Shown here: piece after piece, positions 1 through 12,700 of the stretch
Numbering within the stretch: position 1 is the first letter of the stretch
Layout: every line of letters begins with the position of its first letter
Assembly: GCA_964016885.1 (NCBI GenBank)
Contig: OZ024742.1
Location: 41,602,001 to 41,666,000, forward strand
Origin: Eledone cirrhosa
Lineage: Eukaryota
Direction: 5' to 3'
Length of the DNA stretch: 64,000 nucleotides
Notes under the pieces: model-generated
Seen by the model: the letters and a program-made list of their open reading frames with translations, nothing else
Databases searched by the model: none
Told to the model about the DNA's origin: nothing
Translations under genes and position numbers: made by a program

Positions 1-98
1 TTTGCATACCAAGCGAGTTACGGCTGGCCTTGTTGAAAGTTAAAAATAATATTAGAATTGTATTTCTCGCTCTAGCACAGCTGATACAAAAATGTTAG

Positions 99-261
<163 letters not shown>

Positions 262-949
262 ACATGTATGTATATATTTTTTGTTCAATGAAAAAGTGTT
301 AGTTGATTTAGAATCAGCTGACTTATATATAAGAGATGTAAAACACTCAACGGTATATGTTTATCAGGAGTTTTATAATAATAATAATAAACGAAAGACA
401 GTTACTTTAGTCCATCCCAATTTATTTTGTTATACGTATTTCGAAGATGCAAGGCTTATGTATAACATAAGCCAAAACATGCTCTCTTCAGATAAAATCC
501 ACGAGCTGTTCAGATCCGTGGCCTTGGAAAAAAACCTCAACACAGAAGATATTATATGAGTGGGAGAAATATTACAGTTGGTATTGACGTTTTTGAACTG
601 ACGATAGTATGATGATACCGGATTGGTAAAAAAAAAATAACAAAAACAAATATTGACCGTTAGTCTATTTATTTATAATTTATGTTAGATTAAATTAGAT
701 ACTATACCAAAAAATATATTCGAAGATGCTAATGTAATACTTGTTTCTACTATTGGCACAAGGCCAGTACATTACTGGTACTTTATTTTACCGACCCCGT
801 AATGTAACTATATAATAACGAAACAATTTTAATAGTTTAGTATACTATTTTATTTTAGTAGATATTATATGAGTGGAAGAAAATATTTAACAATTGGCGT
901 TGTTATTTTCAAACTGGCTAGGGTATCTGGATACCGGATTAATAATTTA

Positions 950-1365
950 GTTCAAACTTTCCTACTCGAATACTAAAAAATATTGCCCAAAATATAGCTA
1001 AAATTAACAATAGAAATCTTGGAATTAAATATAGGGAAATAACTCACAATAATAATCATAGAATCGCTAATGGAATTAACATCTCAAATAACAGTCATAA
1101 TTCCATTAACATAGACGAGGGAAATCTACCGACTTATGGACAGAGTGGGAACTTTAAATAGTAACGTAAATAATTGTAAAAACCGTAATCTTTCTTCACT
1201 TAATAATAACTGCCTTGATCGTAAATTAGTTCATAAATGCATAGTTAAAACGAATGATAAGTCTTATAGTTATATTGGTGCAACTAAATTTAAAGAAAGG
1301 TGGTATAACCATCGCCACTCGTTTAAAAGAAAAGATAAAAGATTTAGCACGGCCCTCTCTGAACA
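950..1365 (+). mobile_element. Penelope-like element fragment (RT C-terminus plus GIY-YIG)
   Basis: CLDRKLVHKCIV...YIGATKFKERWYNHRHSF...STALSEH parallels the GIY-YIG region of the PLE ORF at 34408-35742. Confidence 0.8.
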
Positions 1366-1616
1366 CAAAGTCTGTTCAGTTTTTGGTGCAAAACTCCAAT
1401 ATGGTTACACAGACATTGTGGGCAGAAAACCAGAAGATTATTCACCGCGCGCGATTGTCTTTTCAAGCGGACACGATTGTGTTTTCAAGCTCACCAATCA
1501 GTGATGTCTATAATTTGTTACCTAACACATTAGAAGCGTTTAATTGATATCACTGATGCACTGATATTTTTTTTTTTTTTTTCAGTATTAACTTCTGTTG
1601 TTTCAACAAACCAGCA

Positions 1617-1646
1617 ATGGAATTGGTTTCCGACCAACAAACCTCC
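1617..1646 (+). CDS. PNT-ETS transcription factor (EHF/ELF3/ELF5-like), putative first coding exon (MELVSDQQTS)
   Basis: Strong poly-T acceptor ending ttcag at 1585, gcaATGG start context at 1617, donor gttagt at 1647; phase 0 matches the next exon. The frame is open back to the acceptor, so the true start could lie upstream. Confidence 0.55.
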
Positions 1647-2799
1647 GTTAGTAATCTTACAATAATTTTTAGTTTTCCTTTGCAGTTATTTATTCGTTAT
1701 ATATAACTACACTCATTTCACCCCTTCTCTCTTTAACGTTTCCTTCAAAGACTTTCACCTCCCACCCCAAGAATTTTTTTTAAGACCTTTCTGTATATTC
1801 GTAACTTCCGACATGAAAAGTCGCTTCCAGAGAGGCTGAAATATACATCAACAAATGGATATATATAAAATAAATACATTTAATAATCAATAAATTGTAC
1901 CGCGTTTGTTGTTATCAATTTCCATTGTTATAGGTACTTATGTCAGTGTTAAACGACCAATCAAAATTGTTCACATGACTTATTATTTTACCATAAAAGA
2001 GGTTCCAATTCTAGTCAGAGCTCCTCACTGTGTAACCCTCTATCTGCAATCGAGTAAGATGTCCAATTACAGTTTAGGAGTAGATGGACTGTTGGATACC
2101 AAATGTTACATGTTGTTTGTAATAAATAAAGGAAAGAGTCCTTTACTTCTAATGCAATCATAGGGGTACTGTTCTAATACATGGCCTTCCTTGCGTGTTT
2201 TAAACTTAGCGAAGCCAACCTATCTCCATGTCGGATCATAACCGATTTCTTCTAGAGAAACAAGAAAAAGAAAGTGATAATGAGAAAGAATGGAAGGAAG
2301 AGGGCCGAGTATGCTGTTCAGTCGAGTAAATTCTTGTAAGGCGGTGGTGGTTGGCGATGGAGCGGGCATCCAACTGTAGAAACCATGTGAAAAGGGTTGA
2401 GATGATGCAGAAACGCAGAACAACATATCTTCACAGCCTGGAGATACTAAATATGTATTTGCAAGTGTCCAATGTTCTTCTGGGATTCAGAGTAGGTTCT
2501 GTTTTCTAATGAAGTGTGCCTCTGCAGTTCAGAGCTTTACAGCGTCTGTGTTGTCTTGCCAAGACCTGTTTTTTCTTTCTTTTTCTGTGTTGAAAGATTG
2601 ATCTGGTTGATGCTGCTTTGTAAAAATATTCCGCTATTCGGGGGGTGGGGTGGGGTGGGGTGGGGACACGCACACACACACACAGACACACACACACACG
2701 ACGAGGTAATAACGAGAAGATATTCTTTCACAGTTGGCAATAATATGGCTAACATCATTAATCTTCTTTTGCACAACCAACACTAATTGTCAACTGATG

Positions 2800-3330
2800 A
2801 CTTACCTCTATTGTGGAGTGGGTACTTAGTGGAGTTTTCTTGCTCCTAGATTACAGATATCCTTCAAGGTGGGATGCTATGAACTTGTTGGAACTCCATG
2901 TCAGGCTTTTAGTATGCTTTATTCCCTCTATGGTCTGTGTTTTTCGTCTCAAGTACTCATGTACAACCTTCTCAGTTAATTGGTCTGTTTTTTATTTTGT
3001 TCGAGCATTTAGTAGAGTCTTCTAATGTTCATGGAAGAGAGATTTGTATTAGGTTTTATTTCCTGTCCCTCTTCTAGATCAGTGGCTATCCTAGCAATAT
3101 TATTTTCATGCTCATAAACCTGGGCGAGATAACTGCTGACCATTTTCTTCTGTTGAAGTTATTGCTTCAGTGTTATTATCCGGGTATTGCATGATGTTAA
3201 TATGGATTTTAGGTCTCGGCCACCTTCCTTTCGTGAGAAGTATAGTCTATCCACATCACTATTGATGTTGAAGTTTCCAGTAAAACTGAGCAGCTAATGA
3301 GTCCTTACATCCATCTTGCTCAGTTTCTGT
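2800..3330 (-). mobile_element. Degenerate R4/Dong-like non-LTR fragment
   Basis: Minus strand reads ...GNFNINSDVDRLYFSRKEGGR..., homologous to SDIDRLYLRRSEGGRG in the Dong copy at 39500. Confidence 0.65.
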
Positions 3331-3339
3331 AATTAACTG

Positions 3340-3750
3340 TTATTATGGGTTATTATATATAGAGAGAAGGGGGTTATAATATATATAGATAGAGGGGGTT
3401 ATACTATATTAAAGAGAGGGGTTTATAATATAGAGAAAGGGATGGGTTATAATAAATAGAGAGAAGTGGGTTATAATAAAGAGAGAGGGGTTAAATATAT
3501 ATATATAGAGAGAGAGAGAGGGGTGTTATAATATATATAGAGAGGGTGGTTTTAATATATAGAGAAAGGGATGGGTTTATGAGAGGGGATTTTTAATGTA
3601 TTTAGAGAGAGGGGGTTATAATATAGAGAGAGGGTGGTTATAATATATTTAGAGAGAGGGAGTTAGATATATATATATAGAGAGAGAGGGGTGTTATAAT
3701 ATATATAGAGGGGGGGGTTATCTCTCTCAACGCCGGGTTATTCAGCTAGT
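3340..3750 (+). mobile_element. Degenerate ~25-bp minisatellite ending in a Helitron-like 3' terminus
   Basis: Tandem GGGGTTATAATATATATAGAGAGAGA-like units, then caacgccgggttattcagCTAGt; the same end motif is on the minus strand at 60930. Confidence 0.55.
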
Positions 3751-3842
3751 TCTTATTAATATTCGAAAAACTCAGATTTACATTTCTTGAATTCAGCCAT
3801 GTGAAATGATAAAATTATTTCTTAATTATATATATATATATG

Positions 3843-4041
3843 ACGAAGGAGTTGTGGTAAGGAACCAGATGGACCATAACGCACCAGCGTACTCAATACT
3901 TAGGGTAGTAGAGTGGGTAATAGGAAAATGTATGACCCCGACGGCAGAGCTCAAGCCGTTTCGACGGCTATTTCTGGACTCATTTGTCCAGAGATAGCCG
4001 TCGAAACGGCTTGAGCTCTGCCGTCGGGGGTCATACATTTT

Positions 4042-4103
<62 letters not shown>

Positions 4104-4289
4104 AACCAGTAAGACCCCGACAGCTGAGCTCAAGCCGTTTCGACGGCTAATTCTGCAGAATTAGCCGTCGAAACGGCTTGAGCTCAGCTGTCGGGGTCTT
4201 ACTGGTTCCTATTACCCACTCTACTACCTCAAGTATTGAGTACTTTGGTGCGTTATGGTCCACCTGGTTCCTTACCACATTTCCTTCGT
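3843..4289. repeat. Compound inverted repeat: two palindromic units head-to-head around (AT)n
   Basis: Palindromes at about 3920-4045 and 4100-4212; outer arms 3843-3920 and 4212-4289 are reverse complements; (TA)n on both flanks. Confidence 0.9.
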
Positions 4290-4312
4290 TATATATATAT
4301 ATATATATATAT

Positions 4313-5282
4313 ACAAGTTAATATAAATTAATATATGATAAATACATAAGTGTTTGTATTGTAAATGACCAAGTTAGCTAGATTGAAAAATACTAATTAA
4401 ATTAATACAGTTTGCCTGTCTCGATTTAAAATAATAAATCAATAAAAACAAACCCATATTGGCAATAACCGTGATACCTGGACAAATTTAAATTTCAAAA
4501 TCCAAACCTGTTCCGCAGACAAATTTAAATTTCAAAACCCAAATAAGAGACAGGCAAACTGTATTAATTTAATTAGTATTTTTCAATCTAGCTAACTTGG
4601 TCATTTACAATACAAACACTTATGTGTTTATCATATATTAATTTATATTAACTTGTATTTCACGGCTCAGAAATGCTTCTTTCTTTGAGCTAATTAATTG
4701 TAAAGGATTGTTTGAGTTTATAACTCTAAATATAATATAGTATTACGGCTCCTTTCGTTGAGCTAAATTTTAATCCCATATAAACGGCTGTTATTTCTAG
4801 CACCATGAGTATGGGGATAGCTAGGAACTGGAAAACCACGTGCGTTAACACTTGAATACCAGTCCTCCTAAATATTTCGAGGTGAAACATGCTAATTTTC
4901 TGGATACCTGCCGATGACCACAGAAATTGGAATCTTTCACTTTTTAAAATTATCATTGCGAAACTTATTTGGGTTTTAAAATTTAAATTTGTCTGCGGAA
5001 CAGGTTTGGATTTTGAAATTTAAATTTGTCCAGGTATCACGGTTATTGCCAATATGGGTTTGTTTTTATTGATTTATTATTTTAAATCGAGACAGGCAAA
5101 CTGTATTAATTTAATTAGTATTTTTCAATCTAGCTAACTTGGTAATTTACAATACAAACACTTATGTGTTTATCATATATTAATTTATATTAACTTGTAT
5201 TTCACGGCTCAGAAATGCTTCTTTCTTTGAGCTAATTAATTGTAAAGGACTGTTTGAGTTTATAACTCTAAATATAATATAG

Positions 5283-5283
<1 letters not shown>
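4313..5283. mobile_element. AT-rich element with inverted plus direct terminal repeats (PLE pLTR-like architecture)
   Basis: 4313-4546 is the reverse complement of about 4965-5199; 4547-4741 is repeated directly at 5089-5283; (TA)n flanks. Confidence 0.6.
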
Positions 5284-5360
<77 letters not shown>

Positions 5361-5944
5361 GTCCATAGAATCCTTTGAGAATATATATACACCATTTCCT
5401 CTCCCAATTAGCATAATCAACCACACAAAAATAACAATTAAACCAGGCTATAAGATTAAAAGGCACATATGAAGAAATAGTGGATAAATAAACGACAGCC
5501 ATCTATTCGCGGTCAACCGCTATAGAATATTTACCCAACATTTCAATAGCACGTGGAAATCGATTAAATATACCGTCAACCATACACAATTAGGTATAAA
5601 ATTAAAGTTAGAAGAAAAAATGCATATACACATACCAGGATTACGTTTCTATCCTTAGGGTTTCGTTCGCTTTCGGAAATATCCTATCAAGGATAAATTC
5701 TCCAGCTTCGAACTCGTCAGGAAACAAACTCACTTGGACAAAGAATTTTCCTAAATGATCCCCGCCAGAAACGAATTCAAAATAGCTAAGAACTGTGACG
5801 TGGCAGTGGTCAAGTCAGAAAGAATGTGATTGGTGCCTATGGCGAGTGGGCTGGTTGCTAGAAAGCGCAGCCCAATATTGCCCAAATTGCATCTCAACCT
5901 TATGGGAGATTATCAAATATAAAGATTTACATATATATGTATAC

Positions 5945-6064
<120 letters not shown>

Positions 6065-6176
6065 TATGTGTCGAGAGGGGCGACACAGACAAAAAAATCA
6101 GAGAGAGAGAGAAGGGTAGGCAAAAAAAAAACAGTTTTGATTCAATAATACATTTGATTTGTTTCTTTTCATACAG

Positions 6177-6276
6177 AAAAATGAAGTGACTGACAATAAC
6201 AGCGAATGTATAGAAAGGAGCGTCACTTACTCCAATGGCAATTTTACAAATAAACTTTTTCGTACCTATAAATCTG
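6177..6276 (+). CDS. PNT-ETS factor coding exon 2 (KNEVTDNNSECIERSVTYSNGNFTNKLFRTYKS)
   Basis: Acceptor tttcttttcatacag, donor G|gtaag, open frame, phase 0 to 1 fits both neighbours. Confidence 0.65.
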
Positions 6277-6474
6277 GTAAGAACAATTAAAAGTATGTTT
6301 CATTTTAATACTGCTGGTACAAATCCCTCTGAGATTAGCCTTACCTTTTATCTTTAATGGGGTTCATAAAATAATGCACCAGTAACACACTGGGATCGAT
6401 TTAATCGACTTTTCCCTTCCCTTCAGATTGTTGGCCTTGTGCCAAAAGTAGAACAATTATTACCCTGAGGTAAG

Positions 6475-6830
6475 AGCTGTGAATTGGCATTATCGGTAGA
6501 TCGTCGGACAGAATCAGTGCTGGATTTACCATTGTGCTTAGGTGTGCTTAAACACAGGGCCCCGTTGGCCAGGAAGGGTCCATCTTCCTGCAAAAAAATG
6601 TTTAACCACCTTCAGGGCCCAAGAAAGGGGTTCATTTGTCCTAAATCCGACATTGGACACAATGCTTTGCGACATTTAGTTATGATTTTCTATATTCTGA
6701 GTTCAAATCTCGCCGAGGTCAGTTTTTTTCCTTTCATCCTTCCGGGATCGATAAAATAAAGCCCAGGGGTCAATGTAATCGTCTCCTCCCAAAAATTGTT
6801 GGTCTTGTGCCTAAATTAGAAATATTGGGT
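6475..6830 (+). mobile_element. tRNA-derived SINE interrupted by a MITE
   Basis: A box tggcattatcgg, B box gttcaaatct, core ttcatccttccgggatcgataaaataaa and family tail. Confidence 0.8.
6515..6655. mobile_element. hAT-like MITE, 141 bp
   Basis: Imperfect 14-bp TIRs CAGTGCTGGATTTA / TAAATCCGACATTG with an 8-bp TSD gacagaat / gacacaat. Confidence 0.7.
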
Positions 6831-7200
6831 AGTGATTTAACAGAATCGTCAGAGCGGATGACTCTACACCCAATTGGTCTCACTGAATCCTCCTGAGAAT
6901 TACGTTATGGACACGAGTGTCTGTAGAATGCTCAGCCACTTACATGTTAATTTCATGAGCAGGCTGTTCCGTTGGTCAAACAAATGGTACCTGTGTGTTC
7001 AAATGGTTACCATAACCTCTCGTTTGATCTCCACTATTGAGATCGTAGCCACTCTGGGATGGAATTACACTTTTAGTCTTCTTCTTTTGTTATTGTTGTT
7101 GCTGTTAATGAAGCTTTTGTTGTCACTTTTGTTGTTGATGCTGCTGTTGTGTTTTACATTCTAAAACCATATATACTTACAATATCATATACCCTTACAG

Positions 7201-7443
7201 CTCTAATGGAAATGGAGATAAATCACAGCTGGAAAAGGATACCTCTTCAACTCTGGAGTTCCGGGGAAGTGCTCGACTGGCTATTCTACATCGGTCAAGA
7301 AAATAACATAAACTTCGAGACATTCTCAGTTGAATCGTTCCAGGATTTGACAGGCAAAGACCTTATCTCAATGAGAAGCCAAGATTTTGACAAATATGAA
7401 CGCTATGGAAAATTGATATTCACATGCGTTAATATTCAAAAAC
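7201..7443 (+). CDS. PNT-ETS factor exon 3, Pointed/SAM-PNT domain
   Basis: Translates to ...WKRIPLQLWSSGEVLDWL...FQDLTGKDLISMRSQDF...YGKLIF, the SAM-PNT pattern (P-x-x-W-x-x-x-x-V-x-x-W-L ... G-x-x-L); acceptor cccttacag, donor C|gtatgt; phase 1 to 1. Confidence 0.9.
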
Positions 7444-8847
7444 GTATGTTTAAAAAAGAAAATGTTATAAGCATCCTGCTTATAACACTATAATCTGTTT
7501 ATTATTCTATAACCTGCTTATAACACCCTTAATTAGAAATTCATCGATTCATAAAACAAAATTTCCTGAGCACTAATACTTAACTGGCTTTTGAATCATT
7601 CAATCTTAACACCCTGTACTACATAAAGCTGCATTAGCAAGGTGTCCTTGATAAATACAAAACGGCACTATGACAGCGTCACATTAAAAATTATCATGGA
7701 AACCACGATTGCCAGCCACAGAGATATACACGAAGGCCTTCTGGAAGGTGGGGTGGGGGGTATGTCATTAGCCGACATGGATTCGTGGAATTACGCCATT
7801 GAACATTTTTGGAAAAATACTTGGGAAATATCACGATTTCTTATAGTTAGACTGGTAAAAACAGATAAATACACTATTGAACTCTTTTGAATACAAATAC
7901 ATCGCAAATATCACCTTTTTCTATAGTTAGATGAGTAAAAGCAATGGATATCACTTACCTGTCTGTCGAATCATTAGCTGTCTTTGTTTATATTTGGTGC
8001 GTCACAATATTGGAATTACGATCTGTGAATTACGCTGGTGGACTCTTTTGGATAATGTCGAATAATGTAGAATAGGCCTCCATCGGTTCCTACGATGTGT
8101 ATTCAAGCTGGTCGATCAACCCAACAGCCTGTTCATACAATTAAAGACTAAGTGGCTATACATTCCACAAACACATGTAGCCTAAGCGTAATTCTCAAGG
8201 AGATTCCACGTGACATAGTGGGTCTTGTGTATTAAAGTCTATTCGACGGTTTTCTCACCTGTTTCCCCTCTACCGAATTTCACTCACAAAGCATGGTAAC
8301 TGATCCTTACTCATGATGCCACACAGTGAGGTTGAACGAGGGACCTAATTATTGCGAAGCGAACATCTTGACCATGCTGCATCCATATACATTATACACA
8401 TCACTGTTTTCTTGTAGTGAGATAGGTAGTCAGAGAAATACATCAGTAAACGATTTTGAGTTAAAATACATTGTAAAGATACATCAATTTACGATAATAA
8501 GGTTGTACGTTCGATTCCTTGATCGGCCGGCACGTCATATCCTTGAGCAGGGCATTTTGTATCTTGTTGATCCAGTTCACTCAGCTGTAGAAATGAGTTG
8601 TGATGTCACTGATGATAAGCTGCATCGACCTTTTCTTTTTCTTTTGGACAACATTGGTGACGTTGAGAGGGGAGACTGACATGCACAGGCGATTGCTGGT
8701 CTTCCACAAAACACCTTGCTCAGGCTTTCGCCATGGAAAGGAACTTTCCAGGTGTAAACCCATCTTCACTCATGACTGAAGTGGTCATTAATATATGCAT
8801 ACACACAAACGCAAACACATACATCTACACACACATATACATGCATG

Positions 8848-9066
8848 CATACATACATACATACATACATACATACATACATACATACATACATACATAC
8901 GTACATACATACATACATACATACATACATACATACATACATACATACATACATACATACATACGTACATACATACATACATACATACATACATACATAC
9001 ATACATACGTACATACATACATACATACATACATACATACATACATACATACATACATACATACAT
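8848..9066. repeat. (CATA)n microsatellite
   Basis: Seen directly; another at about 22955-23090. Confidence 0.98.
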
Positions 9067-9069
9067 GAC

Positions 9070-9365
9070 CTACGGAAAATTATAGGATATGTGACAATGC
9101 TCCTTACATGCAAAAAAAAACCCAAAAAAACTATACTCCTCACCAACAAAGAGAGAAAGATAAAATAGAAACGATGTTTGGAGACAGTACAACCAAAACT
9201 GTTAAATATAAGCTGATCGCCCTCAAACAAGAATTGAGAGCTGTCAGCGAGAAACTTCGATACCAGAAGAGGGAGGCTGAAAGAAACATAATTAATAAAA
9301 GATTCAGCCGAAACCAAACATCAGCCTATAGATATATGAAGGGCAAAGTAATAAATGTCACCGAG
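9070..9365 (+). mobile_element. R4/Dong-like N-terminal fragment
   Basis: KLIALKQELRAVSEKLRYQK...INKRFSRNQTSAYRYMKG resembles the pre-RT region of R4-clade ORFs. Confidence 0.5.
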
Positions 9366-9644
9366 GCCTCATCCTTTTTCGTAATTCTCCATAAGTCCTG
9401 TTCCATCGATCTCGTTCGCGCTTTTCTCCTCTCCTCTCCTCTCCTCTCCTTTACTCCTTCTCTCTATAACCCTCTCATTTCTCATCTCATGCTTTAGACT
9501 CTCTTTGTTCCTTTCTCTCCCACTCTCCATTCGATATGAGGTTATATCTTAACCCGAATTTTCTTCCATATTTCCATTAACCATTATCAAGTATATATAT
9601 ATACACTAAATTACGATGACTTTGTTCTATCTATCTATCTATCT

Positions 9645-9735
9645 GATTTTATTTAAAAAATCCCCGCCGTTACATCTTGTCATGTCCCATTTTTGTAGCC
9701 CCTGTGGCAAATAAAGAAAGATATCTATCTATCTC
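9645..9735 (+). mobile_element. Very short 5'-truncated Tx1-like (subfamily A) 3' end inside (TCTA)n
   Basis: Matches the 3' terminus of the minus-strand copy at 15409 (ccccgccgt...gcccctgtggcaaataa.gaaagatatct); (TCTA)n on both sides. Confidence 0.85.
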
Positions 9736-9780
9736 TGTATCTGTCTGTTAGACTGTCAGTCAGTCTGTCAGTCTGTCTGT

Positions 9781-12700
9781 CGTTGATAGTAGACGTCTTT
9801 CACATCGGCTCTTCGATTTTGAATCATTACTTGGTTATTTGTGAGTGTATTATTTAAATTGTGTTACTACTGTTGACTCTAACCCCTCGTCTGGGACTGT
9901 AGACGTAGGGTAAATATATTTTCGCCCCTTTTGGGGTGAAAATCTTTAATTTTAAAATGTTTATCGATATCGTTAAAAACGAGGAAGCCATATTGCAAGC
10001 TAACGCCACGTCCACCAAAAAAAACGAGAAAGGGGGAACAACAATTCAAACTGTTGAACAACTCCTCCTCTCGAATGAAAAAAAGACTGTTAATTCGAGT
10101 GAAAACCCAAATTTAGAAAAAGATTAAAGGGAAAAGAATACCACAAAAGATGGAACCAACAACATTGCAACAACAAGCAACAATGAACGAAGCGAAAGCA
10201 ACAAAGACAGCAAAGTTTCTTTTGCCCAAACGGTCAGGAAAGCGACCGAATACAAGCCCATAGAGATTACTAACGCTAAGCAGAACTTGCTAAATGCCAG
10301 AAAATACTCATCTTTTGGGGAGGATGGTTCTTTTACGATCAACTCCCCAGAAGAAGTTCGTCAACAGGTATATAGGAATACCATAACCTTCAGGACTATA
10401 TCCAACGCAACAAGAAAGCCAGCTCAATTGACAGAAAGTCAAATTGAGCTGGTTCTGAAAGACATAAAAAAAGACATACTCTTTATTGAAAGAGGAAAGC
10501 TGTATGCCAGCATTATGGTCCGAATGAAGGACGAAATGCTGGCTCAAAAATGCTCGGTGGCACCTATAGTGTCACCACAATACACCCTCTTCCCCACATA
10601 TAAAGGAAGAAAAACACAAAGACTAAGAATGTGGAGCTCAACGCCAGAAGTAAACATCTAGTCCGTCCTGACAGGATTCACGGACCTAGAAAAGGACATC
10701 CTAATATCAGCAGGTGAGTCCACCAGTGGACTGTTCGGGGGGGAGTCTGGAGGTTCTCTTACAGATGACACCAGAGAGAATCGCCGGAATACCCGACCGA
10801 GTACTACTGGATGGTCGAACCTTTATTAATATTACGGTGGAAGGCAGGAGGCCCTCATGTTACCACTGCGCTGGCAGAGTTCACCTGAGGACTGCCTGCC
10901 CTCTACTAACAACAAAAAAACCACTGCTACAAACACAACAACATCAACAACAACAGCTCAAGAAATCAACCCAAAACACGGTCCCACCCAGCCTCTCCCC
11001 ACAGAACACAAATACAAACACACACGCAGTGCAAACACAACCTGGCAATATACCCCTCCCCTCCAATACGGAAGAGGAGCTCATATCCTCGGAAGACGAG
11101 GGGGCGCCCTTCCAAAAAGTCAAAAGGAAAAAACGTACACACACCACACAAACAAAAATAACCCCACCTGACAACACAACACAGACAACAAAACGCAAGC
11201 TCACTCAAGAACAACAAGCAAAAACAAACACAACAACACAAAAACTCTACACATACAAAAACAATAAAAACTTAACAGAAAAAATAAACAACAACCCTTC
11301 GGTACAAACCGAAGGGTCTAATTTTGCAATAGCAACGGGACTCCCTAACCTGAAAATGGTGAAAGTCCCACTTGACATTTTCAAAACATTGAAAAACATT
11401 TACCTTGAGGACGTGGGGCCACCCTGCACCAGGCCACTCAACCGCGTCCTCCTGAAAGGTTTTCCCCTCCCCTCCTCAAACACCCACACAATTCCAAACA
11501 CCCCAACCCCTCCACACACTAATACCCCCACCCCACCACAAACCACCACCCCACCCAACAACCCCTCCACCACCCCCATGGAAACTGAACAGCCCGGACC
11601 CCGGGACGCAGAGAGTTAAGTGCCTCTTTCTTTACTACCAACACGGCTGTTAAGAGTAGGTTGTCTAAATGCGCGTGGCCTGGGCTCAACTTGGAAGCAA
11701 GCTAAATTTCTAAATGACCTCAGGTCGCGATGTATAAATGTGATGGTTATTTGCGAGGCCCGGATCAGCAGCGTGCGACAACTAGCCCCCACCTTTGATG
11801 ACTTTGAGATACACGCATCTCTCTGTCAGCCCGGAGGTGGGGGTGGGGTTGTCGTTCTGCTGCAAAAACATCTGGGTCTCGCTACACAGACGGTACGCTT
11901 GGATCCGGAGGGTCGACTCGTGGTTCTGGACCTTGGCAGTGGTGAAGGTGAAGCTTTTAGGCTTGTCGCCGTTTACGCCCCTTTTGGGGCAATGCGGTCG
12001 GACTTCTTCCATCGTCTGGAGACTTTTCTAGGGACGTCCCGCTCCTTGCTTTTAGTGGGGGACTGGAATGGTATCCTAGATGCACGTTGGGACTATGAAG
12101 GGGCATGTCCCGATAGAGAGGGGTGTAACAACCTCAAGGGGTTAATAGGCCGATTTGACCTGGCCGATAGATATCGACTAGATTTTCCGACTGTGCCAAC
12201 CTGGACTTGGACAAATCATAGCGGTCAATCTAGATCGTACCTAGATAGGTTCTTAGTTAGAATTAAGGATAGGGACTTTATAAGTTGTCCAGAAATGCTC
12301 ATGGTGGGCTATTCAGACCACAAGTTAGTGACCTGCGTAGTCCACCTTGATAGAACGCATAGGCAGGGACCCGGTTACTGGAAGCTCAACTTGTCCTTAC
12401 CGGCAAGTAGAGCTTACAGGGACCGGATTAGAACCTTAGTTAAGCAGCGGTTGACGGGCGCCATTGTCAACAGCAGGTGGTGGGGCTCTCTAAAAAGAGA
12501 GATTAGAGTAGTTTCAATAGGAGTTAGTAAGGAGTTAGCCTCAGATAGAAATCGGAAGGAAAGGGAGTTGGTAGTTAATGTTGAAGAGGCAATGAGAAGC
12601 GGCAACGTGGCCAGAGTGCAAGCGTCGAGAATGGTCTTGAGCCAGTTCTTCGACGCGAAACACGAAGGCTGCGTTGTCCGAAGCAAAATACGTGCTCTGG

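Noticed and set aside
2640-2665. (GGGGT)n G-quadruplex-forming tract
   Set aside because: Simple repeat next to (CA)n with no evidence of function.
11617-11640. ORF2 directly in frame after the ORF1 TAA, suggesting stop read-through
   Set aside because: The other three copies have an ATG after a 32-34 nt spacer in varying frames; here the ATG appears mutated to ACG with indels.
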